A DNA stretch of 64,000 nt from the human T2T-CHM13v2.0 reference genome, Homo sapiens: the NCBI RefSeq assembly GCF_009914755.1, contig NC_060938.1; one strand, 5' to 3'. Positions 12,361 through 24,475 of the stretch are shown here, piece after piece. The notes under the pieces are model-generated. The model ran no database searches. It had not been told where the DNA came from and saw nothing but the letters and a program-made list of their open reading frames with translations. How positions within the stretch are numbered: position 1 is the stretch's first letter; each line of letters opens with the position of its first letter. The position numbers were made by a program, and so were the translations under genes.

Positions 12361-13250
12361 TAATTAGTATCCCCAATGAGAAGATTCCAGGTAATTATAT
12401 AATCTTCTCACTTAAGCTGGCTAGTAGGTAGGGATCTAGAGTGAGGACCAGGTCTAGAAATAATATATTATCTTAAGCACACACAGTTGCTTCAACACAT
12501 TTCCTCTTTACTCTCCCTCTTGCAGCAAAGCAGCTCTATTCTTTGTGAGAGTGCATACACCTCTTCTGTGCTTGTACACTCACACTCCGTTTTCTTTATG
12601 TACACACACTCAGACCTTTGTGAACACCTGTGACCCACCATGTGACCTCCAGCGTGTGCACCTCCTCACACCAGCTCAGTAGGATATGCAGAAGGCCAAG
12701 TGGCCATTAAATATCATTGAGCTTAGTAGGAAGAAGCAGAAATGGATTGCAAATCACGTGCAAAGTGATGCATTCTGCAAGTCAGCTAGAATAATTTCAG
12801 ACCCTGGACCTCCTGCTAGAGTGAAGAATGACGTTTATAGAAGGGAAGCTTAGAATTAATCCTCCAAAATGATGGTAAAGTGAATTCTTCCCTGGATCTG
12901 CTGTGATTGCTCTTCCTCCCATTTCTGTCGCTCCTTATTATTGTAATGAGTTCTGCTCTCCAAAGTGAATAAAGTCACCATTCAGATAAGATCAGTTTTG
13001 TCTGGCGCAGCCAAGTTGATCTGATCACAATTTGGACTTCGGCTTTTGAATTCACCTTGGGCATTTAACTGCTGGGGGCTGGGGGGAATAAAAATGCTGA
13101 TCTGGCACAAAAGCTGCAATCATTAGTCAGCTGCTTTCAGGCCCGCTCTCTCCAGCCCTGCTGCAGGATAGTAGATTCTTTTGATATTTATTGGACGTTA
13201 GGGCACTTTGGGAGACTTCAGTTAGATCCTGTACACCTGCTGAGTCTCCT

Positions 13251-13271
13251 GGTGTTCTCCGTGGTTCTGAG
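13251..13271 (-). promoter_or_regulatory. RE1/NRSE (REST binding) motif 1
   Basis: Minus strand CTCAGAACCACGGAGAACACC matches the degenerate RE1 consensus NTYAGMRCCNNRGMSAG at 16/17 positions. Confidence 0.6.
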
Positions 13272-13307
13272 AAGACGGAGCCGGCCCCACGGAGAAGGCA
13301 GCTGCTG

Positions 13308-13328
13308 GGAGCTCTCCGTGGTGCTGGA
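13308..13328 (-). promoter_or_regulatory. RE1/NRSE (REST binding) motif 2
   Basis: Minus strand TCCAGCACCACGGAGAGCTCC is 18/21 identical to TTCAGCACCACGGACAGCGCC, with canonical half-site spacing. Confidence 0.7.
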
Positions 13329-13882
13329 AGCAATGCACTTCCACAGGAAATTTGAGGGGAAATTGCCCACAAGAGTTCTAAGGATCATTATTGCCCTACA
13401 GGAGGGTTGAGTTGGAACCAGAGTAGCAAGCATTTGAGGGCTTGCTGGATGGATGTCCATCGTACAAACTAATGACCACTTTCACATTTGTTCTTATTCT
13501 ATGATGCCAACTGATTGTTTTATAATGCTTCATTTGGTTTTCTTCCTGGTGGTGAGGGGCAAAAGTAGATGCTTTATATTATTGTCCACTTGAAGCACAA
13601 ACATAATGAAAGAGCTACAATTCATTTATTGCACAGGCATTTGTCAGGCACCTTTAATATGCTGGCTGATATGTGCTGGGAGTTGAGCCTTGGGCAAACT
13701 TATAACTCACACAGGAATCAGATGAGTTGTGACTCCAGGAGAGCTGTTTTTTGCCCTGACAAATACTGACATCTGGTTACTGACAATGCTGGACCTTAGA
13801 TAGTGACTGTAGTCAAGAAGAGACCTGGGAAAAAGTCCTGGAAATGCTGGGCCTCCCTATGTGGCTTCTATAAACTAAATGT

Positions 13883-13914
13883 GAGTGTTATTAGTACAGA
13901 GTGTTATTAGTACA
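13883..13914. repeat. Perfect 16-bp tandem duplication
   Basis: gagtgttattagtaca x2. Confidence 0.95.
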
Positions 13915-14149
13915 TTGTGTGCCTTGAGGGGGTTCTAAAGGAAGCAGAGGTTTTAACAATTTTACACACCCTGATTCTTCATTTCTGCCTGTTTTTTAAA
14001 CCTCTTCAAGCTTAGGCCTGAAATCAGCTTCCTGCTGGGATCTGCCTCCCTCAATTTGCACAGGGGTCTTTGTAATGATTGCCATGAGTAGTGATCTGGG
14101 AGAATGCCTGATGTTGTTGTGTGCATGAGTGTCCATGAAGGATGAATCT

Positions 14150-14420
14150 AACAATAAAGATGATAATATTTATATATTATTATTACTTATTACTCTCTGT
14201 GATTTGTTCTGAGTGCTTTACATATATTAAATCATTTAATTCTCACAAAAATGTTATGAGGTAAGTATTATTATTATAACTATTTTACAGATCATGAAAA
14301 TGATGCACAGAGAAGTTAAATAACTTTCCAAAGGTCACATAGTTAGTAAGCAGTAGAACCAGAATTTGATACTAGGTAGTTTGCTTTCAGAGTCCCTTCT
14401 CTTAAACATGATGCTATAAA
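14150..14420 (-). mobile_element. MIR SINE, near full length
   Basis: tcatttaattctcac...attttacagat...gcacagagaagttaaataactttccaaaggtcacatagttagtaag. Confidence 0.85.
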
Positions 14421-14524
14421 ACATTGAAGATTATGACTTTCTGGGAAGTAGTTACACGTTTCCTGAGGCTAAAAAAAAGCTGGTTCCTTGACTCTCCCCT
14501 GTTCTCATGTTCTTCCTATAGTAA

Positions 14525-14833
<309 letters not shown>

Positions 14834-15014
14834 TCCCACCTCATTTTATAGACCAGCTTCTAAGAATGACACACCTTAATGCTATTTCTGGAATTTTATT
14901 TACCTTTTAGCTGGAATTTTACCAAATAATATTTGTCTTATCATCTTGAAAAAAAATATTCTTGCGTGATATGCTTCTTCTTGTCAGTCAAGATTCAGGT
15001 CAATTTTTTTTTTT

Positions 15015-15270
15015 TTCAGTGAGGCCTTCTCTGACCATCCAGTGCAAAATGGCTCTTCTTTCCCCTAGCTATTTTTTCACCACATCTTATGATTTTGTTT
15101 TCCTCCTGGCAGTTACCACTATTTGAAAATTTCTCATTTGTTTATGTGTTTTATTGTTTTCTGTCTATCATGTCTACTAGAATATAATGTATGTGAAAAC
15201 AGGAGCTTTGCCTGTCTTGTTTACTGCCGTATCCCCTCTAATCAGAATGTGATATAATTAATAAATAAAA
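15015..15270 (+). mobile_element. L2 3' region
   Basis: cagtgaggccttctctgacca...ctactagaatataa...aacaggagctttgcctgtcttgtttactgccgtatcccc. Confidence 0.75.
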
Positions 15271-15312
15271 CCGTGCCCAAGAATAGTTTGGCAAACACTT
15301 GGAGAAAAATTC

Positions 15313-15330
15313 AGAGAGAGAGAGAGAGAG
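15313..15330. repeat. (AG)9 microsatellite
   Basis: Read directly from the sequence. Confidence 0.9.
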
Positions 15331-17764
15331 GAAGAGTTAATAAAGTCCTTTGAATCAGGATAGATTTTTCAAGAGCAAGTATAAACGGAGAAAAGTTCAG
15401 CACATGGCTATGAAAGACATCTGGTCAGGGGATCACTTCCAATCAGCAAGGACTACAGACTCTTGGGAGCCAAAGTAAAGAGGTCTTCCTGTCTGTATTT
15501 GTGAATCTGCTATGTCTCACCCTTCCACTGGAGTTGTTCTTACATCACATTGGAGATTGACATGAAGGAGGATGGGGTGTGCCTTAGGAGAGTAAGACAG
15601 TCTGACCCATGAGCTTGTCATCTATTTTCCTTGACTTCTCCAGAAAATAAAAAGGACATCTTGTATTTTTCCCAAGTCTCTACTGTACCAGTCTCACCCA
15701 CACCCAGCAGCATGTTCCTCATGTGCTTCAAGCCTGAGCTCTAAGGGGAAGTGGGATCATCAGTGTTCAAAGTGAACCATACTTGTTACATAAATTAAAG
15801 ATTAATTGTGGACAAGGTGATGGGGCATGGAAGAACAAGATAGAGAGCTAATATTTAAAAACTAAGAATGTGAAGCTCTTGATATATTTGGATTCTTCAG
15901 AAGGTGATTTATTCATGTCTGGTTGATTTTCTAGACTTCTAGGTAATTTTCATCTCAGTTTCTGGCATTGATAGTGCCCATTTACTCATTTATTAGAGGC
16001 TGCAAAGTAGAGAGAAGCCTTGAACCAGTTAAGTCTGAGTTTGGAAACAGATGCATCAGAGCATTTGGTGGGGGAAGAGGTTGATTCCCTGGTCCCCATA
16101 GTTACATGCCAGATTTTTATATTTTGAGGTTTTCTTAGTCAACAATTGTTTAAAATCTATTTTCATCACCCATGTGCATAGGGCATTAATCACTGAAATC
16201 TGTTTCTCACAGTTACCCTTCACATAGGACTCTGGTTTGCTTCCAGAGCAGCCTTTAGTGCAAATATTCTGTCTGCTGATGTCTGCATTTACTACATATC
16301 CAATGGGGAGTAAAGAATGGGAGGTCTGGGAGGGAGAGCTTCTCAAAGGACTGGAGACATGGAAGGCAGTGGTCAGAGAAGAGAGTAACTACTGATGAGG
16401 AAAGGGGAGAAAGGAAGTAGGAAACAAACTGGTATCTAGTAAAGGAAATGAGGAGATGAAGGATATAGGGCTGGACCCCTTTGATGAATACTTTTGGTTA
16501 CAGGAGGGAGAGGGAAAGGCACAGATGTGGAAGCCAGAAAGCTCGAGGTCTAAATCCCTTCTCTGAGCCTCCTTTTCCAGCTGTATAGAATTCTTTTGAG
16601 TATTAAATGAGATAATACATGTGAAATGTCTTGCACAGAATAGGAACCAAACAAGTTGAAATTGCCACGAGCTTCAAAAGTGCCCATAGCTTTTTTTTTA
16701 AAGTAATTTCTCACATATTTATTGAGAACTTTTAGATATAACCATGATTGTCTAAATGTGATCACTGTCTTCCTATAGTGCAGATTTCTGTAGTGAGGAA
16801 AGAAGCAGCCATCATCTTTAGCTTAGAGGAATGTTTCTTAGGGGCCTGGTAATATCAGTCTGCATTTACCTAACACCTACTGTATATCCAGCCCTTGCCC
16901 CCTTTGCTGGAAAGCAGTATTCTCGTAGGAAGGCGGAGACTAGTGGGCTTAAATGATGATATTTCAGTATATAGGAAGCCACCCTGGGATAAAAAAGGGA
17001 CAGGAAGAAAGAGCCTCATTTATTTATTTGGCAGACACATATAGCCTAGTGGCAACATATCAGCCCAAGCAATGGGCTCTGGTGGAACTTCCAGGCTGGT
17101 GGGGGCTTGACATGAAAGGGAGTGAGGAAGCGGGAGACTACAAACATGCAAGTTCTTGATATTGTGGACTGAGGAAGTGAAGGTGGAAAAGGAAAAGAAA
17201 AGGAAATTCACAAGTTGCAGGGAGAGTGGCTCAAGAAGTGGGCTAGGAAACTGAGCAAAGTGCTGGGGCGGTTGAATGGTATCAGGAAAGCAGATGGTGA
17301 TCCTGGAGAAGGAGGGTGCAGATGGCAGTGGTGGTGAGGAGGCAGCGTGGGGTGAAGAACAGTCCCAGCTCGGCCACTCCAGGAGGAGAGAGGCTGGAAC
17401 ACAAAACTCCCCACGCTGGCTGAGCTCTGTGACTCATCTGGCCCCCAGTGTGGCATCTCACAAGGTTCCTAGGAGAAGAATGTGGGAGGTCCTGTGGTTT
17501 TCTGTGATGGCCCTTGGAAGTTAGATATGAACCTCAGGCATTGAGAAATTTCTGGTGGGGAAAGAAAGGTCTCCTACCAAGAAAAGAAAAAATGAACCGT
17601 ACTGTATTTAAATCCCACCTCCCAGGTTAAGTTTCCACTGCCTGTTTGACTTCGGGCAAAGTATGTGGTTGCTCTTGGACATGGTTTCCTCATCTGTTAA
17701 ATAAAAGGGTTAAATTAGATGATATCTAAAATACTTTGACGCTCTAAACTTCGGTGATCCTGAG

Positions 17765-18075
17765 AAAATTGGAAGGTGTGAACTGTAGAGAAGAGGATAG
17801 ACTTAGAAGTCTGCTATTATCAGAGTCATATGTAATGGGTAACTGTGAGAAACAAGAATTAATTCCCTGTACACACTGGTGGTGAAGGTAAACTTTAGGC
17901 AATTGTTGCCTAAGATGTTATGACGAGGATGATTTCAGCCTAGTGTAATAATGTGTCTAAATATTGGAACCATCCAACAAGGACTTGAGTTGCTTTGTAA
18001 GGTAGTGAGCTTTCTGTCGCAGGAAGTGATCAATCACAGATTGAATAATGACATTTTGGGGGTTGTTATTAAAAA
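17765..18075 (+). mobile_element. L3/CR1 fragment, interrupted at ~17821-17915
   Basis: CR1-like gaagaggatagactta before the interruption, and gatttcagcctagtgtaa...aggtagtgagctttctgtcgcaggaagtgatcaa after it. Confidence 0.55.
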
Positions 18076-18159
18076 ATTCCTCCCCTGACCCCTACCTTCT
18101 TCCTTTAAGAAACATTATGTTTTCCTGCAGACTAGTTGAGCATATAATGATTAAGTGAG

Positions 18160-18462
18160 AAATACTGGTGAATCTCAACATTTATTTCTCAGAACATAAA
18201 AAAAATCATGTTTTTCTTAATGCTATTAGGTCCCTGGTGGGGAAAAAAGAGTTTAATGTTGAAATAAGTTTGAAAAACTCAAGAGTAAATAGTGTTATGC
18301 AGGTTTCTTTGCTGGAGGACATCTCAGAGACTTAAATATATTAATTTTAATGTTAAAATTCCTAATGTTATGAATTTTCTAAGTACATTTGATGATAGAC
18401 TATTTTTCTCAGAGTGTCTGATGGGAATAATGATCTACTGAACATACTTTGAGAAATGTTGC
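18160..18462. mobile_element. hAT-Charlie MITE (MER103C-like)
   Basis: aaataagtttgaaaaac...caggtttctttgctggaggacatctcagagacttaaatatattaat...gaacatactttgagaaatgttg. Confidence 0.6.
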
Positions 18463-18699
18463 TTTGAGCAATAGACTTATGTTCTAAGCCCTTCGCCCCT
18501 AGGAAACACACATCACAGCTTCTCTGTTATCTTTGGGTAGGGCTGATGATGAAGGCTAATTTGGGCCTTAGGAGATGGAGCAGGGCTCTGGATGATAACC
18601 ATTAGACCTGACTTAGCTGGTGATCTTAGATGGGTCTCTCCATGTGTCTCAGTTACCTCACATGTCAGATGGGGAGAAATCGTGCAAGTCCAGCCCTTT

Positions 18700-18890
18700 T
18701 AGGGTTAAGGTGTCACGATAAAGTCCAGGGTAGTATGCATAGGATCAGAATTTGAATCTGTATCTCCTGACAACTTGCTAACATTCAGATTCTGGTTTGG
18801 CAGGTCTGCCGGGGTGGGGACCAAGATTCTGCCCTGCTCACATGCTCTTAGGCAATGCTGCTGTGGCCATACTTTGAGTTTTAAGGGTCT
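18700..18890. mobile_element. MER5A/B-type hAT MITE
   Basis: cagattctggtttggcaggtctg...ggggtggggaccaagattctgc...ccatactttgagt. Confidence 0.6.
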
Positions 18891-19739
18891 AGGAAGCCAC
18901 ACAGTGTGGCCCTTATCAGGAGCATCTGCTCATATGGAGCAGCAGCAATAAGCCTTCTGGTGTTGCTCCTTTCCCTGGAGATCTGGTCTGTGCTTCTGAA
19001 AGGTATTATTCATGAGGGAAAACAAACCAGGCATCCCTCAGGTATCCCTGTAGTGAGGTTTGCTGTGGGCCCCTCAGAAGGGAATCCCTCTTCCTCTTCC
19101 ACTTCCCCACCCCCACTGCCTACAGCTCCCCAGTTAGTTAAGCTATTTTTTGAGTTTGAGTTAAAACCGTTTCAGATATATTTTTAACTACGTCCTGTTT
19201 GAAAAGCTGTTAGCATTTGGCAATCATTCCATCTTCAGCTTGAATCCTGGGGAGGGTGGTTTTTTCTGCCCCCCACCCCCCACAACCAGGCAAAAGTATA
19301 TAATTTAAAAATCGTTTTAGTGCATGGGTCAGAGGATGGTTGATAGGGCTGGGTCTAGGGTATGTTTTGGCCTCCACAAAGCTGCCACTGCTGGGGCTGC
19401 CTTTCTGTGCTTGCACCTGAGGCTAAGCAGGCACTGCTGAGTGAATGTGAACGGGTCGGGCTGGCATGAGTGCTGTCCAGCAGGGGGAGAGAGAGAGGCA
19501 ATGGGAAGGAGAGGCGGAGGCGGAGATGGGTCAAAGGCATCAGAACCCGACCTGGTTGAACCTACACCAGCAAGGTCATCACAAATAGTAGCAGAGTTAA
19601 CATCTTTCCTGCCACGTTCCTGAGATATTTCAGGAGCAGCGCATCACCATTGTCATTATGATGGGGGATTTATTAAGGGTAAGGATAGTGGAGTAATTGA
19701 AAGAGTAGTGCCTTTGGGAAATTGTTTTATTTATTGTTT

Positions 19740-19995
19740 TATTGAACAAACACTTATATAGCCCTTACACCATGACATCAACTGAATGCTTTACAAATAT
19801 TAGCTCATTTAATCCTGATAACAATCCTATGAGTAAGTACTATAATTATCCCCATTGCATAGAAGGGAGAAGTGAGGTGCAGAGAGAGGTCAAGCAACTT
19901 GCCTAGGGTCCCAGTGCCGGTAGGTGGTAGATCTGGATTCCAGCCTTTAGGGTCTGGAACTGGAGCTTGTGCCCTTTGCCATCACACTGTGCTGT
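19740..19995 (-). mobile_element. MIR SINE
   Basis: gctttacaaatattagctcatttaatcctgataacaatcctatgag...caacttgcctagggtc. Confidence 0.85.
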
Positions 19996-21796
19996 TCCTT
20001 CCAGCAATGTAGGTTCTGCCCTCTCGGCACTCAATCTAAGAATGGTTGTGCCAGCCCAGGCTGCTCTTACCTACTTCTTGGGAGAAATGAAATTGAAAAC
20101 AGATGAGAACTTTCACCATAGACTGGAGAAATGAATAATTTTTTGAAAGCAGTTATCAAGTATTAATAGGTAACTCCTTGCTGCTCAAACATTCAAGCCC
20201 ATTAAACACTCCAAATATACCTGGACCATGTTAAAATTTGATCTCCAAGTAGGAAATTCTAGAATTGCTTTGAAAATTATTACCGAGAAGAAATTGTTTC
20301 CTCCTCATTTTTTTTCTCATAAAGTTGTTGTTGTTGTTTTTGTTGTTTTCTTAGTGAAATATTCTGTCACCATCAGTCTAGATGAGTTGCTTGCTCCTGA
20401 GCACTCAGGGAGAAGGATGCAGCCACTGGGCAGGCATGCTACCTCCTAGCTTGGCTCTCCCCAAGGCTGGAGTTGGTAGTCCTGTGCGGAGGGCTGGCAA
20501 AAGGCTGCTGAATTCAGGGAGTTGGCTGGGAGGCTTCTACTGGCTGTGAGCCCCTGAGACTATTTTATTCCCATGGAATAAGCAGGATAGGAACACGAAG
20601 GTAGAGAGTTCCCCATTGGAACTGGAAGTTGGAGACCCTTGCTCTTTCCAGGAGCTAGCCTTTCCTGCAGCCTCTTTGGGGGCAGCAGATACCCTGGTAG
20701 AAGGGATGCCTGTAGTGAGAAACATTTCATGGGCGGTGACCTCCTTAAGGCCTGAGTGCTCAGGCTTCTCTTTGGGCTCGTGTTCTCACATGCCTGTAAG
20801 TCTCACATTCGCTTCTCTCTCCTTCCCGTGCCAGACACAGTTGTCTGGATTAGGTGCCTGGCTTTTAGAATTTGGGAAGCACTGCTGTTGACTCACTGCT
20901 GGGCCTGTGTCCTTTCACTGGGCCCCAGGGACAAGTCTTTTTGTACAAGTCTTCTCCTTGAAGGATGCCAGGCCCCTCTGTGGTATTGTCTGCACTGCAT
21001 GGCCCATGTCTAATAATACTAATTAGTAAGCTGTCACCTATTAATAACACTGGAATCATCATCACATAGGTGACAGAAAGCCAAATAAACTCCAGCAGGC
21101 CAGCATTGCAGCACAGCTCTTGGGGGAGGAGAGGAGAGAAGAGCATGAGGAACGTTTGAAGGGGCCTTAGGCAAAATGCTTTGGGCCAATAGCACTGGGG
21201 GCTGAATTTGAAATCTGCTTAGGAATAAGGCATGTGTGGACTTTAATGACTAAAAATCCAAGCTTATGGGGCAGGTTGGGAGCCTGGAGGGTTTGACTCA
21301 ATTGAAGTGCTAGCTGAGGGATTAGAAGAACTCTCTAATGCCTGATTTCTAGTGACTTGGTCTTGGCTGGAGAAGACTGATGTTCTCAGGTTTGGTTGGG
21401 GTCGAGCAGTGGGAACTTAGATAGAAACACTCATTTAATGGATGAATAAACTGAGACATGGACCGTAATTTTTTACCCCAAATGTTATTGAAAGAATGAG
21501 TAAGTAAAAGAAGGAACCTATGTAATGAGGCTAAAAATGTCCCAGAAAAAGCAACCCTTGAAATTCACATCCTAAGAGTCATTAGGGTGGCAGGAATGGA
21601 TATGCCAAGTCTTTTTATGCAGAACTCTGATTTTATAGGCATAGTCTTATTTATAAATGTGCAATTGCATGTATTTCAATACATAACATAATAAAACCAA
21701 GTTGCTGTGAGGATTAAATGAGATAATGCATTAGTGCACGCCAAATGCCTAAAAATGCCTAACTTAGTACCTGGCGGGTGGTAAACGTCCTAATAA

Positions 21797-21914
21797 TCAA
21801 GGCTGGTAGCTGGTATACCTTGGTCAGGCCAAACCAGTTGCTCTTGGTCACCTTCCAATCTGATTGGTTGCTGACTGGACCATCTCAGATATTAAATATT
21901 TTAAATTCCACTCT
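21797..21914 (-). mobile_element. Short hAT MITE (MER53/MER63-like)
   Basis: The reverse complement cagagtggaatttaaaatatttaa...accaatcaga...caactggtttggcc...gtataccagct resembles the remembered consensus. Confidence 0.45.
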
Positions 21915-21919
21915 GTTAA

Positions 21920-22150
21920 TAATGACCAATACTCTCCATTGTGGACTTCCCAGGTGCCATTTACTATTGTCGGTGCTTTTGATACAATTCTCACAGGAAG
22001 CATTTGATACCATTTTTCCCATTTTATAGATGAGAAAGTGGAGGCTTGAGATGTTCAAAATTTGGCTGAGGTCTCATGGCCAAAAAATGGTGGAGCTGGG
22101 ATTTGAATCCAGATGTCCTGTTTGCAGAGCCTTGGGATCTTAACCATAAT
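21920..22150 (-). mobile_element. MIR SINE
   Basis: cccattttatagatgagaaagtggaggcttgag...tggtggagctgggatttgaatccaga. Confidence 0.8.
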
Positions 22151-23109
22151 GCTTCTAAGTAGAGGGTTGGCAGGGGGTAACTTGTGGTAGCAGTTGTTAT
22201 TATTATTGTTATTATCATCACTGAAATAACTTTTTTTTTTTCAGAATGCCATGGGCAATGTATTCTTTTGATTGGTAGTGAAATTTTTTCTTGCTACATG
22301 CTGAAAGCACTGGTCTGGCACATTTGAGAAAAGCTGAAACAGTCCCTGGTCTGTTCTGTCCCTGAACTGAGTGAAGATGGAGCCCCACAATCTAATCAAA
22401 GGAAGGAAGATAGGCCTGTGAGAGAACCTTCTAACTTAATGACCTCTGATAATGGCCCTCCTTATCCCAGGACGGAGATGAGAGCTGAGAAGGCCTAGGG
22501 TCTCTGAGGGTTTCAGTTGTACCCATTGAGTCCTCCCTTAAAAAATAAAAATTAGTACCATTGCTGACATGGCACCATCATTTGGGCAAACAACTGATAT
22601 TGCTTTTTGCTTATGGTTGCATTACACGTCTGCAAGGAGACCCATCTTACTCTCTTTGATGTTGTCTTTCCCTGCTATTTTGTACATAACCATCTTCACA
22701 AATTTGGAGCTATCTGGGGAATGCTGGATCACTAGAAAGAGCCGAATGGTAGTTAACTAAAATGGTATGGAGGAATGAGACAAAATAAGCCCACAGATTT
22801 CATGATAAAAGGCAAACTAAAAGGATACAACTGGAGTAATTGAAAGATAAATAACACTTAAGGAGCCTAAGAAAGTACAAAGCAGAATAAAATGATAATA
22901 ACAAATATATTCAAAATATATAAGTTAAAGTAGGTTAGACATCAAGGGGGTAAAATGAAGTAAATAATAGTGACTACAGTGATACCCTAAATAATAAGCT
23001 AAATTATTAAAAGGGATATAATAACTTGAAATAAAGGAATGCCAACTATAGGGGGCAGTCCAAAGTTAATAATCCCATGCAGGGGCAAATGCAGACCTGT
23101 GGGCTGGGG

Positions 23110-23330
23110 TAGCGAACATCTGTTGAGTACTTCTGTGGGGCAGGCATCCTACGGGTATTTTATTACTTGTTTCTCAAAACAACTCTGTGAAGTAAGTACA
23201 GGTGTTACCTCCATTTTATAGGTGAGGATGCTAAGACTTGGAGAGGGTAAAGAAAGTTATTCAAATCACAAGGAATTTAGGTGGCCCAGAAAGGATTGGA
23301 ATCCAGGCGTGTCCCTTAACCTCTAGGCTG
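23110..23330 (-). mobile_element. MIR SINE
   Basis: caactctgtgaagtaagta...ctccattttataggtgaggatgctaagacttggagaggg. Confidence 0.75.
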
Positions 23331-24254
23331 TTCTGCAGACGCACTTCTCACGGGGATGTCCTTCCTAGGCTGGTGTTTGCCACAGGAATCCCACAGGCGC
23401 TGACATCTGCAGGGCACTGAGTCCTCAGGCTCTCCCTTGAGGCTTCCGCCCTCTCATCCCTTAGGTCCTTCAGGTCTCTTCCTGCTGCCCCCGAGATGAG
23501 CGTACAGTTTCCCTGGCTATTCCCGATGTCCTGCTGGATCATGGTGGCTCCTTTACATGGTTCTTCCCTCAGGAGCTCCTGACATCTAGAGCAATCCCAT
23601 GCACTGTGCCTTCTGAACTTCCCTTCCACATTCTGTGGACAAATTTGGTACAGAGACTTCTAGGAAGGCCAGGTAAGGAGGATATGGAACTGGTGGCCAG
23701 GGCAGTTCAGGTCTAGAGTAAATAGGTGGGAGGTCAGATGTCATATAAAATTAATCCATGAAGGCATGTTCGTTTGTGTTCCTAAAACTACTGGATACCG
23801 TGGAGGTGTTGAAGGCTGGAGACCCGAAGACACATAAGAAAATGAGATTGTGATCTGAAAGGCAAAATAGACTGAAAAGTAGGCTAGTAATGATGGAAGT
23901 GCATATGTCCGTCTAGTCCCAGCCCAGATGCCACTTTAGTCCACCAAGCTTGCCTTGATATCCCCCACCTCCAAATCACAATTAATCACTTGCTTATCGA
24001 CAATCCCATAGAGCTTCCTTTACATTGCTCTCATGATTATTTTCCCTTTGCTTTATAGAAACACATTTCTGTCCTCCTCCAATGCTTAGTGGAGTCCTTG
24101 GGGTTCAGACCTTGATAGATTCATTTTGTTTCTCATGAGCATGATGCCGGGTACATGTGCTATTAAAGTTTGCTGGGTCAGGAAAGTGCTAGGATGCTGC
24201 AAGAACATCCAGTAAAGGGCAGAAATATAAGAACTACCATCCTTGGCTGGAGGC

Positions 24255-24475
24255 AATAGAGTACTGTGGCTAACAGGCAGGCTCTGGAGTGGGATAGACT
24301 TGAGTTCAAATTCATTCTTAGCAGCTTCCAGCTGTGTAACCTTGGGCACCCTCTCTAAAGCTTCAACTTTTAAGACTGTGGAATGGATCTCAACTGTCAA
24401 ATAGCACAAACCTCACTGGACTGAATGAGATGACCCACGTAGTGGCATATGGTAAGTGCTCAACAGCTATTAGTG
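24255..24475 (+). mobile_element. MIR SINE
   Basis: ggctctggagtgggatagacttgagttcaaat...cagctgtgtaaccttgggca...tggcatatggtaagtgctcaa. Confidence 0.8.

Noticed and set aside
22231-22244. Strong-looking splice acceptors (also the AG at 41470-41471 and the T-run/CAG near 32430)
   Set aside because: I found no convincing paired donor or reading frame. T-runs followed by CAG are common.
22680-23090. A-rich tract of unusual composition
   Set aside because: Probably a decayed L1/HAL-type fragment. It has no ORF or structure, and I cannot assign a family.
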